A DNA stretch of 20,000 bases from an uncultured virus (IMG/VR IMGVR_UViG_3300016467_000405) (IMGVR_UViG_3300016467_000405), one strand, 5' to 3'; shown: positions 1 to 7,785, numbered from the stretch's first letter. Notes: generated from the sequence alone by a model not told the origin. Numbers and translations: made by a program.

Positions 1-88
1 ACGGATGGCGGCCCGGAAGGGAACCAAGGGAAACCACATGCGGCCTATACCTACCATAGGCCGCCAACCAACCCGAGAGACTACAACA

Positions 89-970
89 ATGAAAACCAAA
101 ACCTTTAAGACCGAAACCTATACGCGCTTGATGGATATCGCCGCCGCTATCCAAACTAGTGATTCTGTAGCTATCCTAGGCCTGATTAATCAATTGATTG
201 ATCAAAAAACCCGCGAGAATAAACCCGCGTGGATTCGCGAGATGGGCAAACTAAAAGCCATCATCCAGACAGACAAACCCGCCTATCCCATTTTTAAGCT
301 TGATGGTAACGGAAAGCTCCCATTTGCTACCTTCTCATCATTACCCGGTGTGACTTGTCCCGGTGCCGGTGATTGTCTGGAATGGTGCTATAGCTTTAAA
401 GCTTGGAGGTATCCCGCCGCGTTTGCTCGTATGGCACAAAATGCGTGGTTAATGCGGGTTCACCCGGATAAAGTCGAAAAGGCCTTTAAAGGCCTTCCCA
501 ATGGGATCACGCTCCGACTATATGTTGACGGTGACTTCGCGCATGTTGCTGATGTTAGGTTTTGGATGGAGCGCCTACGCGCACGGCCTGACGTTGCCGC
601 ATATGGCTACTCTAAATCATTCACCGAGTTGCTCGCATATGCGCGGCTTGGTTTGGGTTTCCCGTCACTTGGTTTGGGTTTCCCGTCAAACTACACTCTC
701 AACCTATCAGGTGGCCACGCGCACACTATACCCACCGTGGAGCAAATGAAATTACTCCCAATCACCCGTGGATCATTTGACGCGGTATCGATAGGCCGGA
801 AAGTCAAATCCACTGACCATGGCACGCGGGAAACCAATGCGGCGATACGTGCGGCCGTATCCGGGAACGTGTTCCCTTGTCCCGGCAAGTGTGGATCATG
901 CACGCCAAAGGGGCACGCATGCGGCTCGGAGCGCTTCCGTAATATCCCTATCGTGATAGCCGTACATTGA
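89..970 (+). CDS. Gp88-like Cys-rich phage protein (possible radical-SAM-like Fe-S protein)
   Basis: ORF 5..970; ATG at 89 preceded by GAGAG is the likelier start. Motifs GNGKL, FSSLPGVTCPGAGDCLEWCY (CX5CX3C), RLYVDGDF, YGYSK and C-terminal CPGKCGSC..HAC match my recollection of the phage Gp88 family. Confidence 0.6.
   Translation: MKTKTFKTETYTRLMDIAAAIQTSDSVAILGLINQLIDQKTRENKPAWIREMGKLKAIIQTDKPAYPIFKLDGNGKLPFATFSSLPGVTCPGAGDCLEWCYSFKAWRYPAAFARMAQNAWLMRVHPDKVEKAFKGLPNGITLRLYVDGDFAHVADVRFWMERLRARPDVAAYGYSKSFTELLAYARLGLGFPSLGLGFPSNYTLNLSGGHAHTIPTVEQMKLLPITRGSFDAVSIGRKVKSTDHGTRETNAAIRAAVSGNVFPCPGKCGSCTPKGHACGSERFRNIPIVIAVH
647..688 (+). repeat. Perfect 21-bp tandem duplication (CTTGGTTTGGGTTTCCCGTCA x2), in frame
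   Basis: Units 647-667 and 668-688 are identical and give LGLGFPS-LGLGFPS. Confidence 0.95.
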
Positions 971-986
971 ACCTTAATCAACCCAC

Positions 987-1004
987 GGGCGGCCTAGGCC
1001 GCCC
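987..1004. other. Perfect 18-bp GC-rich palindrome between genes
   Basis: GGGCGGCCTAGGCCGCCC equals its own reverse complement; no U-tract follows. Confidence 0.8.
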
Positions 1005-1022
1005 CCTATCGGAGCCAATACC

Positions 1023-1286
1023 ATGACAACAAAAGAAGAATATCTAGCGGCTGTCGCCGTACGTGCCACCATGGGCTTTTTGAATACATTCAACAAAGCG
1101 AACATCCGAGGCCATTTAGAAAAACAAGGCCTATCCGAGGCCGACAGCATTACGCTAACCCGCGTGATATACGAACAAGCCGCACCATTCTTTGATAATC
1201 CCGAAGACGTACCCGAGGGGTATGAAGAAGGGGAGGACTATCGGACTATCGTTATCTATGACAGCGCAAGTAATTTATGGAAGTAA
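1023..1286 (+). CDS. Hypothetical protein (87 aa)
   Basis: GGAG at 1011-1014 upstream of ATG; co-oriented with neighbours. Confidence 0.7.
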   Translation: MTTKEEYLAAVAVRATMGFLNTFNKANIRGHLEKQGLSEADSITLTRVIYEQAAPFFDNPEDVPEGYEEGEDYRTIVIYDSASNLWK

Positions 1287-1290
1287 AACC

Positions 1291-1434
1291 ATGCAAGTAA
1301 TAATCGCCGTTCTAGCTTTCGTATCCTTCACCCTTACCATTATCGGGTTATCGGATTGTGAGCCGCTTATAGCGGGTGCCGGAATTGTCGGACTTGTGGC
1401 CACCTTCATGTCGGAGGATATCGCCGCCCTATAG
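1291..1434 (+). CDS. Small two-TM membrane protein (47 aa)
   Basis: ATG 4 nt after the previous stop; two hydrophobic segments (MQVIIAVLAFVSFTLTIIGL, LIAGAGIVGLVATFM). Confidence 0.55.
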   Translation: MQVIIAVLAFVSFTLTIIGLSDCEPLIAGAGIVGLVATFMSEDIAAL

Positions 1435-1543
1435 GGCGGCACGGGGGCCTAGACTTCCGCTCTTCGAGCGGTTCCGGGCTTAGACTTCTGTTATCAAGCC
1501 GCTACCGGGCAAAATTTTAACCTTCCCAAAGGGAATTCCCCAT

Positions 1544-1699
1544 NNNNNNNNNNNNNNNNNNNNNNNNNNNNNNNNNNNNNNNNNNNNNNNNNNNNNNNNN
1601 NNNNNNNNNNNNNNNNNNNNNNNNNNNNNNNNNNNNNNNNNNNNNNNNNNNNNNNNNNNNNNNNNNNNNNNNNNNNNNNNNNNNNNNNNNNNNNNNNNN
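1544..1699. other. Assembly gap (156 N)
   Basis: Run of n characters. Confidence 1.
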
Positions 1700-1824
1700 A
1701 CACGTTCGACATTCAACCCGGCGGCTTCAAGTACCTATACCCTATAGCCGCTCCCGAGCGGATCGAGCCGCGCCCGGTGGCGCATGGCATCATCGCAAGA
1801 AAAGTATTGTAAGGAGAGACACAA

Positions 1825-2274
1825 GTGAACATATTCATCCTAGATCAAGACCCCATACGCGCCGCCCAATTCCACGCGGACAAACACGTTAACAAGATGA
1901 TCCTAGAAAGCGCGCAGATGCTCTCGACGGTCCTAGGGGGTCGCTACAAGCCGACTCATGCCAATCACCCTTGCACCCTGTGGACAGGCCGCTCACGGGC
2001 AAATGCGTCATGGCTAATCGCGCTGACGTACGCATTGAATCAAGAGGCGCAAAAACGCTACGGACACGAACGGAACCACAAGTCGCTCGCCGTGATTGAT
2101 GAACTGGTGAACTCACAGGCCATAAATGGCCTACCCGATGAAGGTCTGACCCCATTCGCTCAAGCCATGCCAGATGAATTCAGAAGGCCAAACGCGGTCG
2201 ATGCCTACCGTGCCTATTATCGTTCCAAGCCGTTCGTATCATGGGACAAGGGTACCGCTCCCGACTGGTGGTGA
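1825..2274 (+). CDS. Pyrimidine-dimer DNA glycosylase / endonuclease V-like family protein
   Basis: GTG start after AAGGAGAG; N-terminal MNIFILD..P..AA..H.DKHV.KMILESAQMLST, YKPTH.NHPC..W, TPFAQAMPD and AYRAYY motifs typical of this phage family. Confidence 0.8.
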   Translation: MNIFILDQDPIRAAQFHADKHVNKMILESAQMLSTVLGGRYKPTHANHPCTLWTGRSRANASWLIALTYALNQEAQKRYGHERNHKSLAVIDELVNSQAINGLPDEGLTPFAQAMPDEFRRPNAVDAYRAYYRSKPFVSWDKGTAPDWW

Positions 2275-2323
2275 AAAATATTTTTCAAAACCTGTTGACA
2301 GGATATTTTATTTAGTTCAGACT
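2275..2323 (+). promoter_or_regulatory. Putative sigma70-type early promoter
   Basis: AT-rich UP-like tract, TTGACA at 2295-2300, 17-nt spacer, CAGACT at 2318-2323; followed by hairpin AGGGATCG-C-CGATCCCT (2333-2349) and GGAG RBS. Confidence 0.6.
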
Positions 2324-2368
2324 TACATTCACAGGGATCGCCGATCCCTAGCAAAACGGAGAATTAAC

Positions 2369-3247
2369 ATGCAAGTATTATCAAACAACGAACTGTTCCG
2401 CGCCGCTCCTTCAATCTTCGCGAGCCAAGCGCACCACTCAACCTCTGAGCGTTACGAGTTCCTGCCGACCATTGATGTGGTCGATGCGCTACGCGCTGAA
2501 GGGTTCCAACCTGTACAGGCATTCCAAGCCAAAACCCGAATGGTTGACCGCCGCCCATTCGTTAAACACACGATTCGCTTTCGCCATGAGTCACACAACT
2601 TCAAAGAAGAACGCGGCTCCGAGTTTCATCTGCTCTTGCAGAATAGCCATGTCGGCTCCTCATCATTCCAGATTCAGGCCGGGGTATACCGCATGGTCTG
2701 CTCTAACGGTATGATCATTGCCGACAGCGTGTTAGACACGCACCGGGTACGCCACTCTGGGCGTAAGGCTACGCTCGACAACTGTATTGAAGGGGTATAT
2801 CGCATCGTGGATGGTGTCGAGACGGTGGAAGATCAGATCGCTGACTGGCAGACTCGTGTCCTGCCGGAGCCTGTTCAGATGGTGTTCGCTAAAGCCGCCG
2901 CTCAACTGCGTTGGGGCGATGATGCACCGATCAAGCCGCGCCAGTTACTCTCTCACCGCCGTTGGGCGGATCGTGGGGATGACCAATGGACCGTGTTCAA
3001 TCGTGTGCAGGAGAACCTCCTGCGTGGCGGACAGCATGGCGTAGGTGCGACAGGCCGCAACATGACCACTCGCGAGGTCAAGTCTATCGACGAGAACAAC
3101 CGCCTGAACAAGGCACTCTGGACCCTGAGTACTGAACTTGAAGCCCTGTTGAAAGCGGCCGAGTTTTTCCAAGTCTCCATCTCATCTCTCCTTCAACGTA
3201 ATTATCCCGCGCCATGGACGGCGCACCTTTTAGGAGAGATGAGATGA
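2369..3247 (+). CDS. DUF932 family protein
   Basis: ATG 2369 after GGAG; APSIFA..H.S.SERY...PT..VVDALR.EGF.PV, KH.IRFR, LL.NSH.GSSSFQ..AG.YR.VCSNG, DQWTVFNRVQEN, LNKALW motifs. The C-terminal ~28 aa look like a non-homologous extension. Confidence 0.85.
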   Translation: MQVLSNNELFRAAPSIFASQAHHSTSERYEFLPTIDVVDALRAEGFQPVQAFQAKTRMVDRRPFVKHTIRFRHESHNFKEERGSEFHLLLQNSHVGSSSFQIQAGVYRMVCSNGMIIADSVLDTHRVRHSGRKATLDNCIEGVYRIVDGVETVEDQIADWQTRVLPEPVQMVFAKAAAQLRWGDDAPIKPRQLLSHRRWADRGDDQWTVFNRVQENLLRGGQHGVGATGRNMTTREVKSIDENNRLNKALWTLSTELEALLKAAEFFQVSISSLLQRNYPAPWTAHLLGEMR

Positions 3248-3458
3248 AAGTATGTCCTGAATGTGGAAGCGCAGAGTTTATAACGACAGGCGTCGAACGC
3301 CACGATTGGATAGTCGATGGTGACGGTCAGTTTATTGATGACCTTGGATGCTTTGATGCAAAACGAGGTGAAAGCGGAATGCAATGCCGTAAATGCGAAG
3401 CCGAGTTTACCGGGCCACATGAGTTGAAGGAGAGATGAGATGGAGACTTGGAAAAACT
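3162..3458. repeat. Perfect 36-bp inverted repeat pair (3162-3197 / 3423-3458)
   Basis: AGTTTTTCCAAGTCTCCATCTCATCTCTCCTTCAAC at 3162-3197 is the exact reverse complement of 3423-3458. Confidence 0.95.
3244..3438 (+). CDS. Small zinc-ribbon protein
   Basis: AGGAG RBS, ATG 3244; CPECG...CRKCE. Confidence 0.7.
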   Translation: MKVCPECGSAEFITTGVERHDWIVDGDGQFIDDLGCFDAKRGESGMQCRKCEAEFTGPHELKER

Positions 3459-3664
3459 TGAATGTGTTAGTACGCGAAGCACCTAGCTATGTATCGCCTG
3501 AAGAACACAGAAGATTAGAGCGCGTAGCAGTAGGACGTATCTGTCGTTGTGGTGATTGTATTTGTTGTCAAGAATATAAGAATCACAACTACCAAGAGTA
3601 TAAAAATCACAAGCATAAATGGGAATGGGTTGTAGATGAACTGGCTAACAATGAAAACGCCTGA
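3440..3664 (+). CDS. Hypothetical Cys-rich protein (74 aa)
   Basis: AAGGAG RBS; CRCGDCICC; internal duplicated QEYKNH. Confidence 0.65.
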   Translation: METWKNLNVLVREAPSYVSPEEHRRLERVAVGRICRCGDCICCQEYKNHNYQEYKNHKHKWEWVVDELANNENA

Positions 3665-3821
3665 CCTCAAGCATATCGCCTACAAAAACAGGCGCTATCG
3701 GGTAGCGGATGATGGCACGGTGTACATCTGGCGCACGTTGGACAACTCATATGAGATGGCATGGCGCAAAGTGACTGACCCGCAACTGATCGAAACCATT
3801 AAACAATTGGTGAAACGATGA
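3651..3821 (+). CDS. Hypothetical protein
   Basis: Overlap-coupled to both neighbours (ATGA at 3818). Confidence 0.55.
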   Translation: MKTPDLKHIAYKNRRYRVADDGTVYIWRTLDNSYEMAWRKVTDPQLIETIKQLVKR

Positions 3822-4015
3822 ATAGAGATAAGATCATGGAACTGGCAACGGCAGAAGCCGGGCCGCATTGGGGTACAGAAAGCCACATGGTGCGCTTCGC
3901 TTGGCGAATTAGAGAGGAAACTTTAGAAGAAGCCGCCAAAGTTGCTGAGAAATTTCATGCCTGCGCCGCTGATTGCGCTCAAGCCATTAGGGATATTGGG
4001 GACAACGATGATTGA
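3818..4015 (+). CDS. Hypothetical phage protein
   Basis: ATGA coupling; LEEAAKVAE...CAQAIR motif common in small phage proteins. Confidence 0.7.
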   Translation: MNRDKIMELATAEAGPHWGTESHMVRFAWRIREETLEEAAKVAEKFHACAADCAQAIRDIGDNDD

Positions 4016-4079
4016 ACTAGTCGCATTTACATTGGGGTTTGCCGTAGGATACACGGCTTGGGTTTTGGTTTGGGATTAA
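4008..4079 (+). CDS. Putative 23-aa hydrophobic peptide (MIELVAFTLGFAVGYTAWVLVWD)
   Basis: GGGGA RBS, start overlapping the previous stop, single TM-like segment; not in the ORF track. Confidence 0.4.
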   Translation: MIELVAFTLGFAVGYTAWVLVWD

Positions 4080-4081
4080 TG

Positions 4082-4260
4082 ACGGTGAGGGCATAGCCCT
4101 CTGGGGGTAGGCCATGAGTGCCCCGCTTGCGAATAACCGTGGCAGTTTGGTATCGGTCTAGTCTGCATTATGGCAAAGAGGTTTACTCATTTTCCTCCGA
4201 GTCTCCGGTGCATCCTCTCCGCCGAGGATCAAACCCTTTCAGGTGGGTGGTCAAACCTGA
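4082..4260 (+). ncRNA. Candidate structured intergenic RNA
   Basis: About 200-nt gap between genes with several hairpins found by eye (see findings). Confidence 0.3.
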
Positions 4261-4281
4261 CTAATTCTTAAAGCGCAGGCT

Positions 4282-4464
4282 GTGCCTGTGGTAGCTACTC
4301 TGAGGTGTATCGTGTCCGTTGTGTTTGACTTGCTGATTGTCATTGGGTTTGTGTTAATATTCTCAAGCGCACCCATGGTGGGTGTTGGATGTTTACTTGT
4401 AGCATGCATCGTGTGGCTGTGGCTTTGCCCGGATGCCTATGATCACAACTGGGAGGATGAATGA
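4282..4464 (+). CDS. Small membrane protein
   Basis: Two hydrophobic segments; stop overlaps next ATG; start uncertain. Confidence 0.5.
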   Translation: MPVVATLRCIVSVVFDLLIVIGFVLIFSSAPMVGVGCLLVACIVWLWLCPDAYDHNWEDE

Positions 4465-4664
4465 TGGCTAACTACATTAAGCAATTGCAAGATGACAAGG
4501 TCCGCCTGTCGGCGGCAACCAATGCGGCACTCACAGGTCTCGCGGATATGTTGGCCTACCTTCACTCAGATAAGTTCCATGAAGACACTACGGTGCAGGT
4601 ACAGGACATGATTAACAGGATCAGGTCCACGCAGGAGGCGATCTATGATGAGGGGTTCAAATGA
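4461..4664 (+). CDS. Hypothetical protein
   Basis: GGAGG RBS, ATGA coupling at both ends. Confidence 0.7.
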   Translation: MMANYIKQLQDDKVRLSAATNAALTGLADMLAYLHSDKFHEDTTVQVQDMINRIRSTQEAIYDEGFK

Positions 4665-4846
4665 AGACCTATGAAATTAAGTTCGGTCCTGAGCGGCATA
4701 TGACCTACACCTGTAAGGCACCATCTGAAGAAAGCGCGAGAGAAAAGTTCTATGCCATGGTGGATGGGCTAATCGATGAATGCGAGGACGGAGAGGAAGA
4801 ATACGGATGGATGACCGAATGTCTAGTCACAACACGAGTGAAATGA
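4661..4846 (+). CDS. Hypothetical protein
   Basis: GAGG RBS, ATGA coupling. Confidence 0.65.
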   Translation: MKTYEIKFGPERHMTYTCKAPSEESAREKFYAMVDGLIDECEDGEEEYGWMTECLVTTRVK

Positions 4847-4995
4847 ATGAAGTCCCGTGCCCCACATGTGGGGAACTCTGCCCGATAGAGAGACTGGATC
4901 AACACGTAGAAATCATCGACTGCTGTAACCGCAAGTTCGTAGTGCGAGTGGATGGCAAATTAGCGAAGAGGTTTGAGAATGACCACACAAATTAA
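4843..4995 (+). CDS. Small Cys-rich hypothetical protein
   Basis: ATGA coupling at 4843; CPTCG...DCC. Confidence 0.55.
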   Translation: MNEVPCPTCGELCPIERLDQHVEIIDCCNRKFVVRVDGKLAKRFENDHTN

Positions 4996-5962
4996 ACTCC
5001 CTGATGACGCGGTCATCGTTCACCCGGTGGACTTGGCAAATTGCCTTGGCAATTACTTGTTGATCACGGGCGAGGATGGCAAGCCGGAGCCGGGCACCGA
5101 TCTCCCTGAAGATATCTACCTGCGGTACGAACCGACTAAGGAACTGCTGTACGTAGACACCAAGCTATTCGCTTGGCTTGAACTGGAAGAGACCATGAAA
5201 GTCTGGAGAAAGTCACAGCAATACTGCGGACCCATGGTCAAGCGCATGGCATCAGGTACGGGGCGTATCCTTCAGCCGACTCATGTGGTGGTGTTCGATC
5301 TTTCAGAGAAACCCGAGGAGCGCACCGCTCCCATCAAGCCACGCCGGGGCAAGCCGCTTCAGATTGAGCGTGTCAGGGCACGGGAAGCCGTAGCCAAGAA
5401 GGCACAGGAGAATGCGTTCTCTCTGCACCGTAGGATGAATGAGCTTCGGGTTGAGTATGGTAAGCACCCCTTGCTGAAGGAGGTGGAAGACATCCTGCGT
5501 GAGGCACGCAAGACTCTGGAAGAAGCCACTCGCCTGACCACCAAGGGAATGAAACGCGGCCCGGCCAAGGGTAAGAAGAAGCGGAAGCATGTTCCACAGG
5601 AAGAACGTATCAAGCTCGACACGATTGATATCTTTGTGAAGGAGAACATCCATGCCATTCACCGCATCCTCAAGCGGTTCGTTATGACCGGGGGTAAGCA
5701 GAAGTGGGAGGACAAGAACTTTAAGCCGCGCCTTCCCGAGGCGGACTGGGTTGGGCGCTACGAAGAAGCTTCCAATGAAGAGAATGGATACACCACCAAG
5801 ACTCTTTATATCCCGGTGTCGGTGCTGAAGGCCATGCCTGAACTGGGTGAGTACACGATGGACTATCGGTTCGTCCACAAAAGGTATCGCCGGGTCGGTG
5901 ACCATACTGCGTATTGCGCGGTGTTTGACTTCGGTAGAAAGTTCATTGGTGTTGACAGTTAA
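4979..5962 (+). CDS. Hypothetical protein with an internally duplicated domain flanking a basic coiled-coil
   Basis: GAGG RBS before ATG 4979; LRYEP..ELLYV...KR.....VVVFD and GRYEE..KTLYI...KR.....AVFD. Confidence 0.75.
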   Translation: MTTQIKLPDDAVIVHPVDLANCLGNYLLITGEDGKPEPGTDLPEDIYLRYEPTKELLYVDTKLFAWLELEETMKVWRKSQQYCGPMVKRMASGTGRILQPTHVVVFDLSEKPEERTAPIKPRRGKPLQIERVRAREAVAKKAQENAFSLHRRMNELRVEYGKHPLLKEVEDILREARKTLEEATRLTTKGMKRGPAKGKKKRKHVPQEERIKLDTIDIFVKENIHAIHRILKRFVMTGGKQKWEDKNFKPRLPEADWVGRYEEASNEENGYTTKTLYIPVSVLKAMPELGEYTMDYRFVHKRYRRVGDHTAYCAVFDFGRKFIGVDS

Positions 5963-5979
5963 TGTGATGTGTATAAGAT
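5952..5979 (+). promoter_or_regulatory. Putative sigma70-type promoter upstream of the HNH-AP2 gene
   Basis: TTGACA (5952-5957), 16-nt spacer, TAAGAT (5974-5979). Confidence 0.5.
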
Positions 5980-6109
5980 AGAGACTATCGCTGTGACAGG
6001 CGAATGCAGATGAAAGAGTTCTAGTGTAATGGTCCTGTGTTTTGAGGTTGGGTACTCTGCACCCTCTGTCACCCTTAAAATGCGGGGCCTCCCTACCCTA
6101 GGTGAAAAT

Positions 6110-6655
6110 ATGAGAATCAAACCGATTGATGTTGAGCTGATGCGATCTCTGTTGGAGTACGCACCAGAGCTTGGAGGTTCTTGCTTAAAGTGGCGAGTGG
6201 ATGTGATAGGCGGGAACGGCGGTGTTTGTGTCAAGGCTGGCACTAAGGCCGGATTCTTGGAAGGCGGTGGTTATTGGGGTGTTAGGGTGCAAGGGGAAGC
6301 ATATAAAGCGCATCGATTGGTGTGGGCATTGGTTAAAGGGCGCGATCCAATTGTTGCCATAGACCACACGAATGGAGACTGTAAAGACAATCGCATAGAA
6401 AATTTGCGGATGACTCCAGAAGGGCAGAAGCAAAACATGCAAAACGCACGCAACCAAATTAACAATACTTCTGGGTGTAGAGGTGTGGATTGGAATAAAC
6501 GGACGCAAAAATGGCGCGCAAGGATAAGATCTGGAGGTGTCAGCTATTTTGTTGGTTATTTTGATACTCTCGAAGAAGCCAACGCGGCGTATCTTGAAGC
6601 TAAAGCAGCGCTTCATACGTTCCAACCTGTTCCGAGAAAAACTAATGGTGGATAA
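6110..6655 (+). CDS. Free-standing HNH homing endonuclease with C-terminal AP2 DNA-binding domain
   Basis: AHRLVW, IDHTNGDCKDNRIENLR...QN..N (HNH), NTSGCRGV.W.KRTQKWRARI...VGYFDTLEEA..AY (AP2); ATG 6110 after AGGTG preferred over 6029. Confidence 0.9.
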   Translation: MRIKPIDVELMRSLLEYAPELGGSCLKWRVDVIGGNGGVCVKAGTKAGFLEGGGYWGVRVQGEAYKAHRLVWALVKGRDPIVAIDHTNGDCKDNRIENLRMTPEGQKQNMQNARNQINNTSGCRGVDWNKRTQKWRARIRSGGVSYFVGYFDTLEEANAAYLEAKAALHTFQPVPRKTNGG

Positions 6656-6839
6656 ACGATGGGCTTTTATTTTATCTGGTGGCGTAGAGATAACGCATCT
6701 ATACAACGAAGACGGGACCATGATAGGTATGTTGCTTGAAACAGATTTTGAGGTAGCAGAATGTTATAGCCCGCAGGAGGTGACTAGCACAATTGACCGC
6801 TGGATTGGAATGACGCACTTCAGCGCGAACATTCATTAA
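6645..6839 (+). CDS. Hypothetical protein
   Basis: Fills the gap between the HNH gene and the next gene on the + strand. Confidence 0.5.
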   Translation: MVDKRWAFILSGGVEITHLYNEDGTMIGMLLETDFEVAECYSPQEVTSTIDRWIGMTHFSANIH

Positions 6840-6857
6840 AACAATTGGAGATGAACG

Positions 6858-7076
6858 ATGTTGAATTTAACTGAAGCCTTCGGCTCATGGATTTTGGACA
6901 CCCGCAGGGGGTTGCTGTTCGGCCTGAGCGTGGGCCTCCTGTCCGCATGGATCGTGTGGAAGATGATGTTCGGCACGGTCACTTTCCTTTCTAGCCGGGA
7001 CTTTGAATGTGCCATGGCTGTTCCTGATGGGCTGGGCACCAAGTGTATTGAGTACCATGCGAAGAGGGTGAAATGA
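6858..7076 (+). CDS. Small single-TM protein
   Basis: GGAG RBS; hydrophobic GLLFGLSVGLLSAWIVW; C-terminal Cys pair. Confidence 0.65.
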   Translation: MLNLTEAFGSWILDTRRGLLFGLSVGLLSAWIVWKMMFGTVTFLSSRDFECAMAVPDGLGTKCIEYHAKRVK

Positions 7077-7321
7077 ACAGCTACGAGCGGCGTAAGAAAG
7101 AGTCACCTGCCTACTGGGTGGACATCTACGGAGTTCTCAAGGAAGTGAACTGGGCCAAGAAGCCTGATGTTAGACACCGTCCACTCACATGGGCGGACAC
7201 CCCGATCAACAAGGAACGCTTGAAGGAACTGTGGATACAGGCAGAAGGTAAGCCCCTGCCGTTTGCCCGGCTCGTTGAGCGGGAACATTCAATTAAAGAA
7301 TGGGAGATTGAAGATGAGTGA
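7073..7321 (+). CDS. Hypothetical phage protein
   Basis: ATGA coupling; C-terminal FARLVEREH.I motif common in small phage proteins. Confidence 0.65.
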   Translation: MNSYERRKKESPAYWVDIYGVLKEVNWAKKPDVRHRPLTWADTPINKERLKELWIQAEGKPLPFARLVEREHSIKEWEIEDE

Positions 7322-7661
7322 ATACAGTCAGGTAATCCCGGCGCAATCGGGAAGCTATGTGTTACAAACGCTAGACCTACGGGAATCGCATGGATGTATC
7401 GAAATAGTTAAGATCCCTATTGTGGCGTGGGTGGTGACGTATAGTCGCAGTGAGACCGACGACATCCAGTATCCGTTTGCAACGCCTGTGACTTTTGAAG
7501 GTGTAACGTATGCCAAAGACCCGCTGAAGGGGCTTATCATCATGGATGCAGATGGCGCCGTGCATGATCCTTTTATGGGTTGGTGGCCTACGTTGGAAGA
7601 GTATGAGCAATATGTGAGAGAAGCCGATGAACACAAAAGAATGCAAGCAGAAGATCTTTGA
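7314..7661 (+). CDS. Hypothetical protein
   Basis: GGAG RBS before ATG 7314; IPAQSG.YVL...PIVAW motif. Confidence 0.65.
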   Translation: MSEYSQVIPAQSGSYVLQTLDLRESHGCIEIVKIPIVAWVVTYSRSETDDIQYPFATPVTFEGVTYAKDPLKGLIIMDADGAVHDPFMGWWPTLEEYEQYVREADEHKRMQAEDL

Positions 7662-7785
7662 GGTCTTGGATGACACTTTGGAAGGTCTGTACTACAAATT
7701 GACCATGGAGACGGAGCTCAGCACGGACGAAATCAAGGAATTGATTGACGAAGTTTTAGGCGAGCTTGGTTATGGAAACAGCTAA
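7627..7785 (+). CDS. Hypothetical acidic protein (52 aa)
   Basis: Read by eye: MNTKECKQKIFEVLDDTLEGLYYKL...GYGNS; below ORF-track cutoff. Confidence 0.45.
   Translation: MNTKECKQKIFEVLDDTLEGLYYKLTMETELSTDEIKELIDEVLGELGYGNS

Noticed and set aside
1480..1716. ORFs spanning the N run
   Set aside because: Artefacts of undetermined bases.
2174..2368. N-terminal extension of the DUF932 ORF
   Set aside because: It overlaps the glycosylase gene and a promoter. Family similarity and the RBS point to ATG 2369.
3209..3224. GCGCC-ATGGAC-GGCGC hairpin as a member of a repeat family with the ACGGATGGCG at window start
   Set aside because: Only one complete copy is visible. The other is cut by the window edge, so it cannot be supported.
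4082..4260. tRNA gene
   Set aside because: No GTTCRA T-loop, D-loop pattern or 7-bp acceptor stem with proper spacing found.
5303..5905. 200-aa minus-strand ORF and other minus-strand ORFs in the track
   Set aside because: These are antisense shadows of well-supported + strand genes, with no recognisable motifs.
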